This document shows, in pieces, positions 8,652 through 17,843 of a stretch of 59,446 bases of DNA. The DNA lies in assembly GCA_045538295.1 (NCBI GenBank), contig JAZSRD010000058.1:1-59446 (forward strand), given 5' to 3'. The first letter of the stretch is position 1; every line of letters begins with the position of its first letter. Source of the stretch: Eubacteriales bacterium (GTDB taxonomy: Bacteria > Bacillota > Clostridia > Oscillospirales > QAKW01). The position numbers and the translations under genes were made by a program. A model generated the notes under the pieces. That model ran no database searches. It saw only the letters and a program-made list of their open reading frames with translations, and had not been told where the DNA came from.

Positions 8652-9428
8652 GTGGGAAAAATTGTTTCCATTACCAACCAAAAAGGCGGCGTGGGGAAAA
8701 CCACCACTGCCGTAAGCTTGGCTTACCAGCTGGCAGAAGAGGGGAAGAAGACCCTGTTTGTGGACATCGACCCCCAGGCCAACGGCACCAGCAGTTTCGG
8801 CGTAAACAAGCGGAATATTGAAAAATCCGTTTACGAGGTGCTGATCGGCGAAAACACCGTGCGGGAAGCCATTGTGACCACCAAGTATAAAAACATCGAC
8901 ATCCTGCCCACCAATATGAATCTGGCGGGTGCCGAGATCGAAATGGTTTCCATGGAGAATAGGGAAGGACTGCTGAAAGCGGCCCTTAATAAAGTGCGGC
9001 ATCTTTACGACTATATTATTATAGATTGCCCGCCTTCCCTTTCTCTGCTCACCTTAAACGCCCTTAACGCTTCTAACAGCGTGATCATCCCTTTACAGCC
9101 GGAATACCTGGCGCTGGAAGGGGTATCCCAATTAGTGAATACCATCAAATTGGTAAAAAGCCGCTATAATCCCGCCCTTTATATTGAGGGCGTGTTGCTC
9201 ACCATGTACGACGGCAGAATGAACGTGACCCTGCAGGTGGCAAACGAAATTAAAAAATATTTTGGCAACAAGGTTTATAAAACCGTGATCTGCCGCAACG
9301 TGCGGCTATCCGAGGCTCCCAGCCACGGCGTGCCGGTGCAGGTGTACGACCGCTACTCCAAAGGCGCGCTGGCTTATCGGGAGATGACCCGGGAATTTTT
9401 GCAAAGAAATGAGGAAACACAGGTATGA
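8652..9428 (+). CDS. parA: chromosome partitioning ATPase ParA/Soj
   Basis: Deviant Walker A NQKGGVGKTTT, IIIDCPPSL. Start placed at the in-frame GTG at 8652 (VGKIVSITNQKGG); the longer track ORF runs into parS DNA. Confidence 0.9.
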   Translation: MGKIVSITNQKGGVGKTTTAVSLAYQLAEEGKKTLFVDIDPQANGTSSFGVNKRNIEKSVYEVLIGENTVREAIVTTKYKNIDILPTNMNLAGAEIEMVSMENREGLLKAALNKVRHLYDYIIIDCPPSLSLLTLNALNASNSVIIPLQPEYLALEGVSQLVNTIKLVKSRYNPALYIEGVLLTMYDGRMNVTLQVANEIKKYFGNKVYKTVICRNVRLSEAPSHGVPVQVYDRYSKGALAYREMTREFLQRNEETQV

Positions 9429-10294
9429 AAAAAGGCGGATTAGGCAAAGGCTTGGATGCCCTTTTTGCAGACAATTTAATGGAACTGGAGGAACAGCCGA
9501 AACAGGACACCCTGCTGCGGCTTTCCCAAATCGAACCGGATAAAAATCAGCCCCGTAAGCACTTCGACGAAGAAGCCATGGAACAACTGGCAAACTCCAT
9601 TAAAGAGCATGGGCTGATCCAGCCCATTATCGTAACCCCCATCGAGGGAGATCGCTACCGCATTATCGCAGGGGAGCGCCGTTGGCGTGCCTGCCGCATG
9701 GCAGGCTTGGAGGAGGTTCCCGCTTTGATCCGGGAATACACCCCCCAGGAAATCAGCGAGATCAGCCTGATCGAAAATCTTCAACGGGAGGACTTAAACC
9801 CCATTGAAGAAGCCCTTGGTTACCGCAATTTAATGGAAGACTACGGCATGACCCAAGAAAAGATCGCCGAAACCGTATCCAAATCCCGCTCGGCGGTGGC
9901 AAACACCCTGCGGCTGCTGGCTTTGCCGGAGCAGATATTGGACTTTATTAAAACCGGCGAGCTTTCCGCCGGTCACGCCCGTGCCCTGCTCAGCATAGAG
10001 AACCCAGATACACAGTTAGCGCTGGCTAACCGAATTATTACAGAGGGCTTAAGCGTGCGCCAAGCAGAGGAACTTGCCAAAAAAAGCAAGGCAGAGCCTA
10101 AACCCGCCCCCGTTGCCGATCCCTCTGTTGCCCGGGCACTGCGGGAATTGGAAACCCGTGCATCTGCCCGGGTGGGCAACAAAGTGGTGATCCACCATAA
10201 GCCCAATAATAAGGGCAAGGTGGAGATCAGCTACTATTCCGTAAGCGAGCTGGAAAAGATCATTGAGATATTAGAAGGAGAATCCGGAAGATGA
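9425..10294 (+). CDS. parB: chromosome partitioning protein ParB/Spo0J
   Basis: LRLSQIEPDKNQPRK, IAGERRWRACRMAG, LIENLQREDLNPIEEA. ATGA overlap with parA. Confidence 0.9.
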   Translation: MKKGGLGKGLDALFADNLMELEEQPKQDTLLRLSQIEPDKNQPRKHFDEEAMEQLANSIKEHGLIQPIIVTPIEGDRYRIIAGERRWRACRMAGLEEVPALIREYTPQEISEISLIENLQREDLNPIEEALGYRNLMEDYGMTQEKIAETVSKSRSAVANTLRLLALPEQILDFIKTGELSAGHARALLSIENPDTQLALANRIITEGLSVRQAEELAKKSKAEPKPAPVADPSVARALRELETRASARVGNKVVIHHKPNNKGKVEISYYSVSELEKIIEILEGESGR

Positions 10295-11046
10295 ACAAAG
10301 AGGAAAAATCCTTACTGGACGAGCTGTGGAAGGCCGCAGGCTTGGATCAGCAAGAAATAACCGAAGAAAAAACCACTCCTCCGGAAGAACCTGCCAAAGA
10401 AGAGGCGGCGGAGCCTGCTGCTGAACCTTTAGCGGAAGAAGCCGCCCCCCTGCCGGAAGCAGACCAACCCGCCGAAGACCTCCCGGCAGAAGCGCCGGTC
10501 GAAGAAACCCTTGAGGAAACCCTAGCTGAAGAGCCCCAAGAGGCGCCCGCTCAAGAAGAAGCTCCCCAAGAAGTTCCTAAAGAGAAGCCCCAGGACTCCC
10601 CGGCGGTAGTGAAAAAAGACATTAAATTTTTGGTGATCTACACCCTGGTATTCGTTATCGTGATCTCCGGGTTGATCGCCGGCAGTTATTTGATCACCTC
10701 CCGCATCCACCAGGCAATGTCGGAAAACAATGAGGAGATCCACGCCGGGCAATCCACCTTAAAGAATATTCAAGAGGAAAACGCCGCCCTGAAAAAGGAA
10801 AACAGTGCTTTAAAAGAAAGCAACGAAGCCCTTGCCCTCTCCCAGCAGGAGGCAGAGGAACTGCTCAACAGCGTGGGGGATATGGTGGAGCACGATGGAT
10901 ATTTGGCGGCTGCGCAAAGCGCTTATATCGATGGATACCGGGTACGTGCCAAAGAGATCTTTTACGGCATTGAGCGGGATAAACTTTCTGTTCCTAACCA
11001 GGAGTATTACGATATTTTAGCAGATGCCTTGGGGATCCGCCCATGA
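10291..11046 (+). CDS. hypothetical bitopic membrane protein with acidic P/E/A-rich N-terminus and coiled-coil C-terminal part
   Basis: 251-aa ORF, translationally coupled to parB and rnhA (4-nt overlaps). One TM helix ([23 protein letters not shown]). Heptad-like [19 protein letters not shown]. Confidence 0.5.
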   Translation: MNKEEKSLLDELWKAAGLDQQEITEEKTTPPEEPAKEEAAEPAAEPLAEEAAPLPEADQPAEDLPAEAPVEETLEETLAEEPQEAPAQEEAPQEVPKEKPQDSPAVVKKDIKFLVIYTLVFVIVISGLIAGSYLITSRIHQAMSENNEEIHAGQSTLKNIQEENAALKKENSALKESNEALALSQQEAEELLNSVGDMVEHDGYLAAAQSAYIDGYRVRAKEIFYGIERDKLSVPNQEYYDILADALGIRP

Positions 11047-11483
11047 AGGCCGTAACCGTTTATTCCGACGGTGCCTGCAGCGGAAACCCCGGTCCCGGCG
11101 GCTGGGGCACCATCCTGGTATACCAGGGGGTGGAAAAGGAGCTGAGCGGCGCCGAACCCCAAACCACCAACAACCGCATGGAGCTGCTGGCAGCCATTAT
11201 GGGGCTGGAACAATTAAAAGAGCCCTGCGCCGTAACTTTGGTAAGCGATTCCCGCTACCTTTGCGAAAGTATTAACCAAGGCTGGGTGTTCCAATGGGAG
11301 CAAAAAGGCTGGCGCAAAGCCGATAAAAAGCCCGCTCTCAATGTGGATCTGTGGGAGCGGATGCTCGCCCAGCTGCGCCGCCACCAAGTTACCGTGGAAT
11401 GGGTAAAGGGGCACGACGGACACCCCTTTAACGAGCGTTGCGACCGCCTGGCGGTGCAAGCCTACCTTGCCATTAAAAACTGA
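11043..11483 (+). CDS. rnhA: ribonuclease HI
   Basis: [28 protein letters not shown] and [13 protein letters not shown] match RNase HI catalytic motifs. Confidence 0.9.
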   Translation: MKAVTVYSDGACSGNPGPGGWGTILVYQGVEKELSGAEPQTTNNRMELLAAIMGLEQLKEPCAVTLVSDSRYLCESINQGWVFQWEQKGWRKADKKPALNVDLWERMLAQLRRHQVTVEWVKGHDGHPFNERCDRLAVQAYLAIKN

Positions 11484-11510
11484 TCACACTCTCCAAGAAA
11501 GGAAACCTTT

Positions 11511-13040
11511 ATGAAAAGAATCTTTTCTCTGTTGCTTTGCCTGGCGCTACTGTTCAGCATTACCGCCTGCAAGCCGGATAATATTACGCCGCCCGTAGAG
11601 ATCATCGATCCCTCGGCCGAGGAAGAAGAAACCAAAAAGCCCGAAAAGACCGAGCCGGAAGAAGAGGAAGAGCAGGAAGAAACCCCGCCGGAAAAAGAAG
11701 AAGAGCCAGAAAAAGAGGAAGACCCGAAGCCTGCGCCCGAGGAAGCCGAGGAGGAGCAGGAGGAGCAAGAAGAGCCCTCTGCCGAAAAGGAAACAACGGC
11801 ACCCACCGAAAATCCCTTGGCGGTAAAGGACTTTACCCCCTCCGACACCGTCAATTCCACCCTCTCCGCAAGCGGTTTAGTTAAAGAAGGCACGGCGGTT
11901 TCCCCTTTGAAAAACCGCACCATTGTGGTGTATACCGCCGATGATCTGCCCGCCTTTTCCTATACCGATGCCAAGGGCAACCCGGTAACAGAATGGCAAT
12001 GGATGAAAGCCTTGGCAGAAGAAAACGGCTTTATGCTGAAGCACAGCATCAAAAACGATGCTGTTGCCGTAAAATCCCAGCGGATCGCCCTATTTGCAGG
12101 CAAAAAATTAAGCCTGATCCAAGCCAAGGCCTCCGACCTGGCAAATGCCCTAACCCTGTGCCGCTCCGCCCTGGATTATCTGAACACCGATGCCAAGTCC
12201 TTTGGCATTAGCAAAGCGGTACTCACCCAAAGCAACCATGCGCTGTTTGCCCCGGTGGGAAATGTGAACTCGTTGTGGTACGACCCCGCCCTTTTGCCGG
12301 AAAACGCCGACCCCGCCGCCCTGGCAGAAGAAAACGCCTGGACTGTGGAAGAATTTACCAATATATGCAACAGCGTTGCCACAAATAAAGAGATCCTGCC
12401 CCTGCTGATGAAAGAAACCCTGGCATGGGCAACCCTGGGCGGGCGCAGTCCTCTTACCTTACTGCAAGGGAAGCTGGATGCCAATATCAACGCCGGCGTT
12501 ACCCGAAACGTATGGTCGGTATATAAAGAAAAGAATCTGGCCGCTTTCTCTGAAATTCCGGAGGAGGGGGACTATTCCTTAAAGAACGGCAACACCGCTT
12601 TCCACTATACCAATAAGCCGGAGCCTGCCGAAGAAAGCACCTTGAAATATGCGCCCCTGCCCGCCTTGGAAAAGGGAACTGCCGGCACCGTTACCTTTAC
12701 CGGCACCTTCTTTGGCTTGCCTAAATATGAGGAAAGTGAAGAATCTGCCCTTGCCGCCCTCACCTTTGCAGAGCTTTGGTGCAACCGCTACACCGAAACC
12801 CGTGCCGCCGCCCTGCAAGCCCTGGGGCTCACCGAAAAGAACTATCTGAATTATTGCAATATGGCAGAGGAACAGGGCGTTTTGATCCTCCACAACGCCG
12901 CCATCGAAGAAACGGTAGCCACCTACCTCAAGGGGCTCTCCGACGATGCAGTCAATATGGACGAAGCCTATGCCAATGTGAAGCCTCGGGTAGACGGCTT
13001 GATCGCCGCCCGCAACATCTATTATGAATTAACCGCATAA
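11511..13040 (+). CDS. lipoprotein with Glu-rich linker, solute-binding-protein-like (function unknown)
   Basis: Lipobox LFSITAC. About 70-aa E/K/P low-complexity tract, then a globular ~400-aa domain. Confidence 0.5.
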   Translation: MKRIFSLLLCLALLFSITACKPDNITPPVEIIDPSAEEEETKKPEKTEPEEEEEQEETPPEKEEEPEKEEDPKPAPEEAEEEQEEQEEPSAEKETTAPTENPLAVKDFTPSDTVNSTLSASGLVKEGTAVSPLKNRTIVVYTADDLPAFSYTDAKGNPVTEWQWMKALAEENGFMLKHSIKNDAVAVKSQRIALFAGKKLSLIQAKASDLANALTLCRSALDYLNTDAKSFGISKAVLTQSNHALFAPVGNVNSLWYDPALLPENADPAALAEENAWTVEEFTNICNSVATNKEILPLLMKETLAWATLGGRSPLTLLQGKLDANINAGVTRNVWSVYKEKNLAAFSEIPEEGDYSLKNGNTAFHYTNKPEPAEESTLKYAPLPALEKGTAGTVTFTGTFFGLPKYEESEESALAALTFAELWCNRYTETRAAALQALGLTEKNYLNYCNMAEEQGVLILHNAAIEETVATYLKGLSDDAVNMDEAYANVKPRVDGLIAARNIYYELTA

Positions 13041-13093
13041 AATTAACGCTCCTTTCGCAAACTATGGATAGAAAACGAAAGGAGCGTATTTTT

Positions 13094-13630
13094 ATGGAAC
13101 TAAAAGGAAGCAAGACCGAAGCAAATTTAATGGCAGCCTTTGCCGGGGAATCCCAGGCAAGAAATAAGTATACCTATTTTGCCGCCAAGGCAAAAGAAGA
13201 TGGCTATCAGCAGATCGGTGCTTTTTTTGAAGAAACCGCCCACAACGAAAAGGAGCACGCCGAGATCTGGTATAACCTGCTCTCCGGCGGCCCCGCCGCC
13301 ACCGCACCCAATTTGGAAGACGCCGCCAAGGGCGAAAACTACGAATGGAGCGAAATGTACCCCGCCTTTGCCAAAGAGGCAAGGGAAGAGGGCTTCAACG
13401 AGATCGCCTACCTTTTCGAGGCCGTTGCCGCCATCGAAAAGGAGCACGAAGAGCGGTTTATGAAGCTGAAAGCCAATTTAGAGGATCAGCTGGTGTTTCA
13501 ACGGGGAGAAAGCGTGGTTTGGGTCTGCCGTAATTGTGGGCATCTCCATGTGGGCACTTCTGCGCCCCAGCGATGCCCGGTTTGCAAGAAGCCTCAAGAC
13601 TACTTTATGCTCAAAAACGAAAACTACTAA
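13094..13630 (+). CDS. rbr: rubrerythrin
   Basis: [45 protein letters not shown] and C-terminal rubredoxin CRNCGH...CPVC. Start at the ATG at 13094, behind AAAGGAG. Confidence 0.9.
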   Translation: MELKGSKTEANLMAAFAGESQARNKYTYFAAKAKEDGYQQIGAFFEETAHNEKEHAEIWYNLLSGGPAATAPNLEDAAKGENYEWSEMYPAFAKEAREEGFNEIAYLFEAVAAIEKEHEERFMKLKANLEDQLVFQRGESVVWVCRNCGHLHVGTSAPQRCPVCKKPQDYFMLKNENY

Positions 13631-13647
13631 GGCGAACAAAATAAAAA

Positions 13648-14262
13648 GGCACAGACCGCAGAAAAGGGAAGAAATATATAGGTTTGTGCCAATGTTTTAA
13701 GATAGAACAAGAGGAAAGAGTTTCTGCTCTTTCTTCTTGTTCTTTTTTATTTATAAGGAAAAATCCCGGCAGTGCCGGGATTTCATTTGATTTTTCTGCT
13801 TTCCGTTGAAATGACCGCTCGGCGTATCACATACGCCTTCGGGATCCTTTCAACGAAATCTGCACTCTTTTTCTTCTGTTCGCCAAACAGGCACAGACCG
13901 CAGAAAAAGGGAAGAAATATATAGGTTTGTGACAATGTTTTAAGATAGAACAAGAGGAAAGAGTTTCTGCTCTTTCTTCTTGTTCTTTTTATTTATAAGG
14001 AAAAATCCCGGCACTGCCGGGATTTCATTTGATTTTTCTGCTTTCCGTTGAAATGACCGCTCGGCGTATCACATACGCCTTCGGGATCCTTTCAACGAAA
14101 TCTGTGCTCTTTTTCTTCCGTTCGCCGGTTACTGCATAACGGCAGAAAAAAAGAGTGGCTTGTACCATCTTTTAAAGAAAAGCAAGGGAGAAGAGTTTCT
14201 ACTCTTTCTCCCTTGTTTTTTATTTTGTTTTTTGCAGTCTGTGCTTTTTTCTTCCACAAGCC
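13648..14262 (+). repeat. family-1 composite repeat, tandem array (two full 242-nt units plus one internally deleted unit)
   Basis: Units start at 13648 and 13890 and are near identical. In unit 1: H1 13648-13690, H2 13708-13739, H3 13761-13783, H4 13796-13865. The third unit (14127-14262) keeps H1', H2' and the tail of H4. Confidence 0.85.
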
Positions 14263-14422
14263 GACGGCGTATGTCGATACACCGAGGGGAAGCGGAGACG
14301 AAAGGTTCCCGTTTTTCTCATCTCTATTGAGGCGGATCAAAAATGGGGAGATTTTGTTTCCGCAAGCCGACGGCGTATGTCGATACGCCGAGGGGAAGCG
14401 GGGACAAAAGGTTCCCGTTTTT
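14255..14422 (-). repeat. two tandem ~106-nt mini-units built on the H4-apex palindrome, opposite orientation
   Basis: CAAGCCGACGGCGTATGTCGATAC(A/G)CCGAGGGGAAGCGG(A/G)GAC(G/A)AAAGGTTCCCGTTTTT at 14256-14316 and 14361-14422. The reverse complement resembles CTCGGCGTATCACATACGCC of H4. Confidence 0.65.
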
Positions 14423-14432
14423 CATTCGCCTA

Positions 14433-16784
14433 TCACAGGTCTCTTTGCACGCAGATCTCTCTAAATTCGTCCATGGTAACCAACACCTGCCGGGGTTTGG
14501 AGCCCTCAAAGGGTCCGATGATCCCCAGCTCATTCAACTGGTCGATGATCCGCCCGGCACGGGAGTAGCCCAGCTTTAATTTCCGCTGGAGCATGGAGGT
14601 GGAGGCCATGCCCATTTCGATCACACATTCGCCGGCTTGCACGATCAGTTCATCGTAGGCGCCGGCCTCCTCGCTTTCGTCGGAGGCGTTATTGCTTTTA
14701 TTGCTCTGCATGGCAATGGTTTCAATATTGCTGATGGCCTCTTCATCGTAATCGGCACCCATGGAGTTATTGCGCACATAGGAAACCACCGCTTCCACTT
14801 CGCTATCGGAAACCCAACAGCCCTGCACCCGCAGGGGCTTATTGGCGCCGATGGGTTTATAGAGCATATCACCCTTACCCAGTAATTTTTCTGCGCCGTT
14901 TTCATCCAATATAATACGAGAGTTGATGTTATTATCCACCGTAAGAGCAATCCGGGAGGGAATATTGGCTTTGATCAGGCCGGTTACCACATCGGCGCTG
15001 GGGCGCTGGGTGGCAACGATCAAGTGCATTCCCGCCGCACGGGCCTTGGCGCACAGGCGGCAGATGCAATCCTCCACCTCTTTGCCGGAAACCAGCATCA
15101 GATCTGCCAACTCGTCGATCACGATCACAATGCGGGGCATGGGCTCAAAGTCCGGGTGGGTCTTGCAATATTCGTTGTAGGCATCCAGGTTACGCACCTG
15201 GGTTTCTTTCATTACACCGTAGCGGCGATCCATTTCGGTACACGCCCATTGCAGAGTGCCCGCCGCCTTTTTGGGGTTGGTTACCACCGGGATCAGCAGG
15301 TGGGGAATACCGTTGTAAACGCCAAACTCCACTTCCTTGGGATCCACCAAGATCAGCTTCAACTCATCGGGGGTGGCTTTATAAAGAAAGGACATGAGCA
15401 TGGTATTGATGCACACCGACTTACCGGAACCGGTGGTGCCTGCCACCAGCAGATGGGGCATTTTGCCCACATCAAAGGTCACCAGATTGCCGGCAATATC
15501 CTTGCCCAATGCGGCAGTCAGCACGCTTTTGGAATCCCGGAATCCATCGGAAGCAAGCACCTCCCGCACAAACACAGAGCTGGGGGTCTTATTGGGAATT
15601 TCAATGCCCACCGCCGCCTTGCCGGGAATGGGAGCTTCGATCCGCACTTGGGTAGCGGCCAGTGCCATGGCAATATCGTCGGATAGAGCAGCGATCCGGC
15701 TCACCCGGGTGCCTGCCTTAGGGGAGAGTTCAAATCGGGTAACGTTGGGTCCCACGGCAATGCCGGTCATAGTTGCCTCAATGCCGAAATCCCGCAGGGT
15801 CTGAATTAAGATCTCTTCCTTTTCCCGCAGTTCCCCTTGGGAAGCCCCTGCCGTCTGCCGCCCTTGCTTTAGCAGGGAGAGGGGCGGAAAGTTATAAAAG
15901 GACATCTGCTCTGCGGGAGCAGGCTCTGCCTTCGGCGCCCGCTTGGTGCGGGTGCCGGCGGTGCGGGGCTTAGGCTTTTCTTCTGCAACCTCCCCAATAT
16001 CCATGGGGCTGATATAGCCCTCCACCGTTACATCGTCATACACAAATACCGGCACCACATCGGTAACCTCTTCCGGGGGTGTTACGTCCACCGGCGGCTG
16101 CCATACCGGCTCCTCGTTGTCGTCTGCTTCCAGATCGGAAAAGTGGCGGCGCATTTTCTCTTCCTCCACATTTTCCACCAGTTGGGGTGCCTCCCGTTTT
16201 TCCTTAATGGAGGCAAACAGTTTGCGGAAAGGCCACGCCAGCTGATAAAGGGTAAGATCAAAGAAGAACAATACGGCGATCAGCGTTACCGCCGCAATTA
16301 AAATGCCAAAACCCCAGCCGGACATCAGGGCAATGAGCGGGCAGGCAAAAATACCGCCGACCACGCCCCCTTGCAGTTCCAAGCCCTGCCGCCAAAACTG
16401 CGGGATCCCTTCGGCAAAAAATGCACCAAAGGAATAGTTTCCCGGGTAAAAGAACAGGAAACTGATCCCGGAAATAGCAATCGCCAGCACCAGCCCCATC
16501 CACACCTTTACAGCGGTGCTGTATTTTTTATCCGCATCCAGGGCATCAAAGCCCAGCCACGCTAAAAATACGGGGAACAAAAAGGTGGCGATCCCAAACA
16601 TTCCGTAAAGGAAGTTCTTTACCAGCCAATCCTTTAAGGGCACCCGAATGGGGGTGTAGATATAAATGGCAAAAAGCAATGCCAGGGCAAAAAAGATCAC
16701 CGCCAGAATGCTCCGCCGGGTGGCGGCTTTCTTTTCTTCCTGAATTTTTTCTTCTAATAATTGTTGCTTCGTTTTTCTGGGCAC
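14433..16784 (-). CDS. ftsK: DNA translocase FtsK/SpoIIIE
   Basis: N-terminal TM segments, Walker A VAGTTGSGKS, C-terminal gamma winged helix LQRKLKLGYSRAGRIIDQLNELGIIG. Confidence 0.9.
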   Translation of the reverse strand: MPRKTKQQLLEEKIQEEKKAATRRSILAVIFFALALLFAIYIYTPIRVPLKDWLVKNFLYGMFGIATFLFPVFLAWLGFDALDADKKYSTAVKVWMGLVLAIAISGISFLFFYPGNYSFGAFFAEGIPQFWRQGLELQGGVVGGIFACPLIALMSGWGFGILIAAVTLIAVLFFFDLTLYQLAWPFRKLFASIKEKREAPQLVENVEEEKMRRHFSDLEADDNEEPVWQPPVDVTPPEEVTDVVPVFVYDDVTVEGYISPMDIGEVAEEKPKPRTAGTRTKRAPKAEPAPAEQMSFYNFPPLSLLKQGRQTAGASQGELREKEEILIQTLRDFGIEATMTGIAVGPNVTRFELSPKAGTRVSRIAALSDDIAMALAATQVRIEAPIPGKAAVGIEIPNKTPSSVFVREVLASDGFRDSKSVLTAALGKDIAGNLVTFDVGKMPHLLVAGTTGSGKSVCINTMLMSFLYKATPDELKLILVDPKEVEFGVYNGIPHLLIPVVTNPKKAAGTLQWACTEMDRRYGVMKETQVRNLDAYNEYCKTHPDFEPMPRIVIVIDELADLMLVSGKEVEDCICRLCAKARAAGMHLIVATQRPSADVVTGLIKANIPSRIALTVDNNINSRIILDENGAEKLLGKGDMLYKPIGANKPLRVQGCWVSDSEVEAVVSYVRNNSMGADYDEEAISNIETIAMQSNKSNNASDESEEAGAYDELIVQAGECVIEMGMASTSMLQRKLKLGYSRAGRIIDQLNELGIIGPFEGSKPRQVLVTMDEFREICVQRDL

Positions 16785-16796
16785 AACAGCTTCTCC

Positions 16797-17636
16797 TTAC
16801 ACAACAAAATTCAATACTATGGCAGCAATCCCTGCCAGGGCGCAATAGTACACAAACACACCGAGCCGATCCTTTTTTACCAGCCATTTCATTAAAAGAA
16901 TGGCGGCAATGGCGGCAAGCACTGCCGCCAAAGCGGCAACGGCGAATATCCCTGCATCAGCAGCGTTCACTGCGGCAATCCCGCTCACCTTAAACACATT
17001 GGAAACGATCAGGGCGGGCAGGGTGAGCATAAAGGTGAATTCCAAGGCCGCATTGCGCTCAAACCCCATATTCATCCCCATGGCAAGGGTGGTACCGCTG
17101 CGGGAAAGACCGGGGATCAGGGAAACCGCCTGAAAAAGCCCCAATTTAAAGGCATGTCCCGGCTTCATCTCCTGCACCGTCCAATTGTGGCAGTAGCTGA
17201 TATTGCCCAAAAGGATCAGCGCCGCCGTTACCAGCAGCATGATCCCCGCCAAAAGCAGATTGCTGCCCCACCGGGCGGCAACACCAAAATGCTCTCCCGC
17301 CCAGGTTACTGCAATATAGGGCAGGGTGGCAACCAGCACATAAACCGCCATCATTTGGTGGCGGCTTGCTTTGCGCCACTTAAAGGTGCCTTGAAAAAGC
17401 CCCCCGATCATGGAAAAAAGCCCCATGATCATGCCCCACACCGTTTTGTAAAAAAGGATCAGCACCGCCAAGAGGGTAGCAAGGGACAAAATTATATCCA
17501 ACCCTTGGTTTTGCAACAGTTCTTTGGGAAAATGAAATATTCTTTCAGCGATCAGCAGGTGCCCCGTGTCCGAAATGGGCAAAAATGTGCCCAGCCCCCG
17601 GATCAGCCCCAGGATCGCACCGTATATGTAGTTCAT
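16797..17636 (-). CDS. uppP: undecaprenyl-diphosphate phosphatase
   Basis: LPISDTGHL and PGLSRSGTT motifs. Start at the internal ATG at 17636 (MNYIYG), 4 nt behind GGAGGA. Confidence 0.9.
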   Translation of the reverse strand: MNYIYGAILGLIRGLGTFLPISDTGHLLIAERIFHFPKELLQNQGLDIILSLATLLAVLILFYKTVWGMIMGLFSMIGGLFQGTFKWRKASRHQMMAVYVLVATLPYIAVTWAGEHFGVAARWGSNLLLAGIMLLVTAALILLGNISYCHNWTVQEMKPGHAFKLGLFQAVSLIPGLSRSGTTLAMGMNMGFERNAALEFTFMLTLPALIVSNVFKVSGIAAVNAADAGIFAVAALAAVLAAIAAILLMKWLVKKDRLGVFVYYCALAGIAAIVLNFVV

Positions 17637-17712
17637 CCTATCCTCCAAATATAGTTATCCATATTAATTATTATATCATTTATAAATTTTTATTGCAACA
17701 GCCATTTTTCAC

Positions 17713-17741
17713 TTGACAGATTGCAATAAATCCCCTATAAT
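17713..17741 (+). promoter_or_regulatory. sigma-A type promoter upstream of rny (TTGACA-17-TATAAT)
   Basis: TTGACA at 17713-17718, TATAAT at 17736-17741. About 100-nt leader containing hairpin ATCTCC-TTTCTC-GGAGAT. Confidence 0.6.
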
Positions 17742-17843
17742 TTGGAGTGGTGTATTAGTATATTTTCTACAATTATCTCCTTTCTCGGAGATCGTTTTAC
17801 GAAAAAATCTGATATAACAAAATCATAACAGGAGGCGAACACC

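Noticed and set aside
8644-8662. Third parS-like site at the parA start (TTTTACACGTGGGAAAA).
   Set aside because: Only the CACGTG core matches; the arms (TTTTA / GGAAA) do not match TGTTT / AAACA.
11547-11923. Overlapping ORFs on both strands in the GAA/GAG-rich tract of the lipoprotein gene.
   Set aside because: This is an artefact of a low-complexity purine-rich repeat that encodes the Glu-rich linker. Only the plus-strand frame continues into a lipobox and a globular domain.
13796-13865. H4 as an integron attC site: an imperfect ~70-nt palindrome with bulged bases and GTTGAAA...TTTCAAC ends.
   Set aside because: The GTT/AAC ends are not conserved (GCCAAAA...TTTTGAC in the 28-kb copies). 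There is no integron integrase and no cassette ORFs between sites.
13817-13930. Small ORF starting at the ATG inside hairpin H4 (MTARRITYAFG...), also present at 8394 (MTSRRITYAFG...).
   Set aside because: The frames diverge after 11 codons because of indels. The ATG is absent (ACG) in both 28-kb copies. So the conservation is structural, not coding.
13648-14262. CRISPR array.
   Set aside because: The repeat period is ~242 nt with no unique spacers; the units abut each other. No cas genes and no 25-40-nt repeat/spacer alternation occur anywhere in the window.
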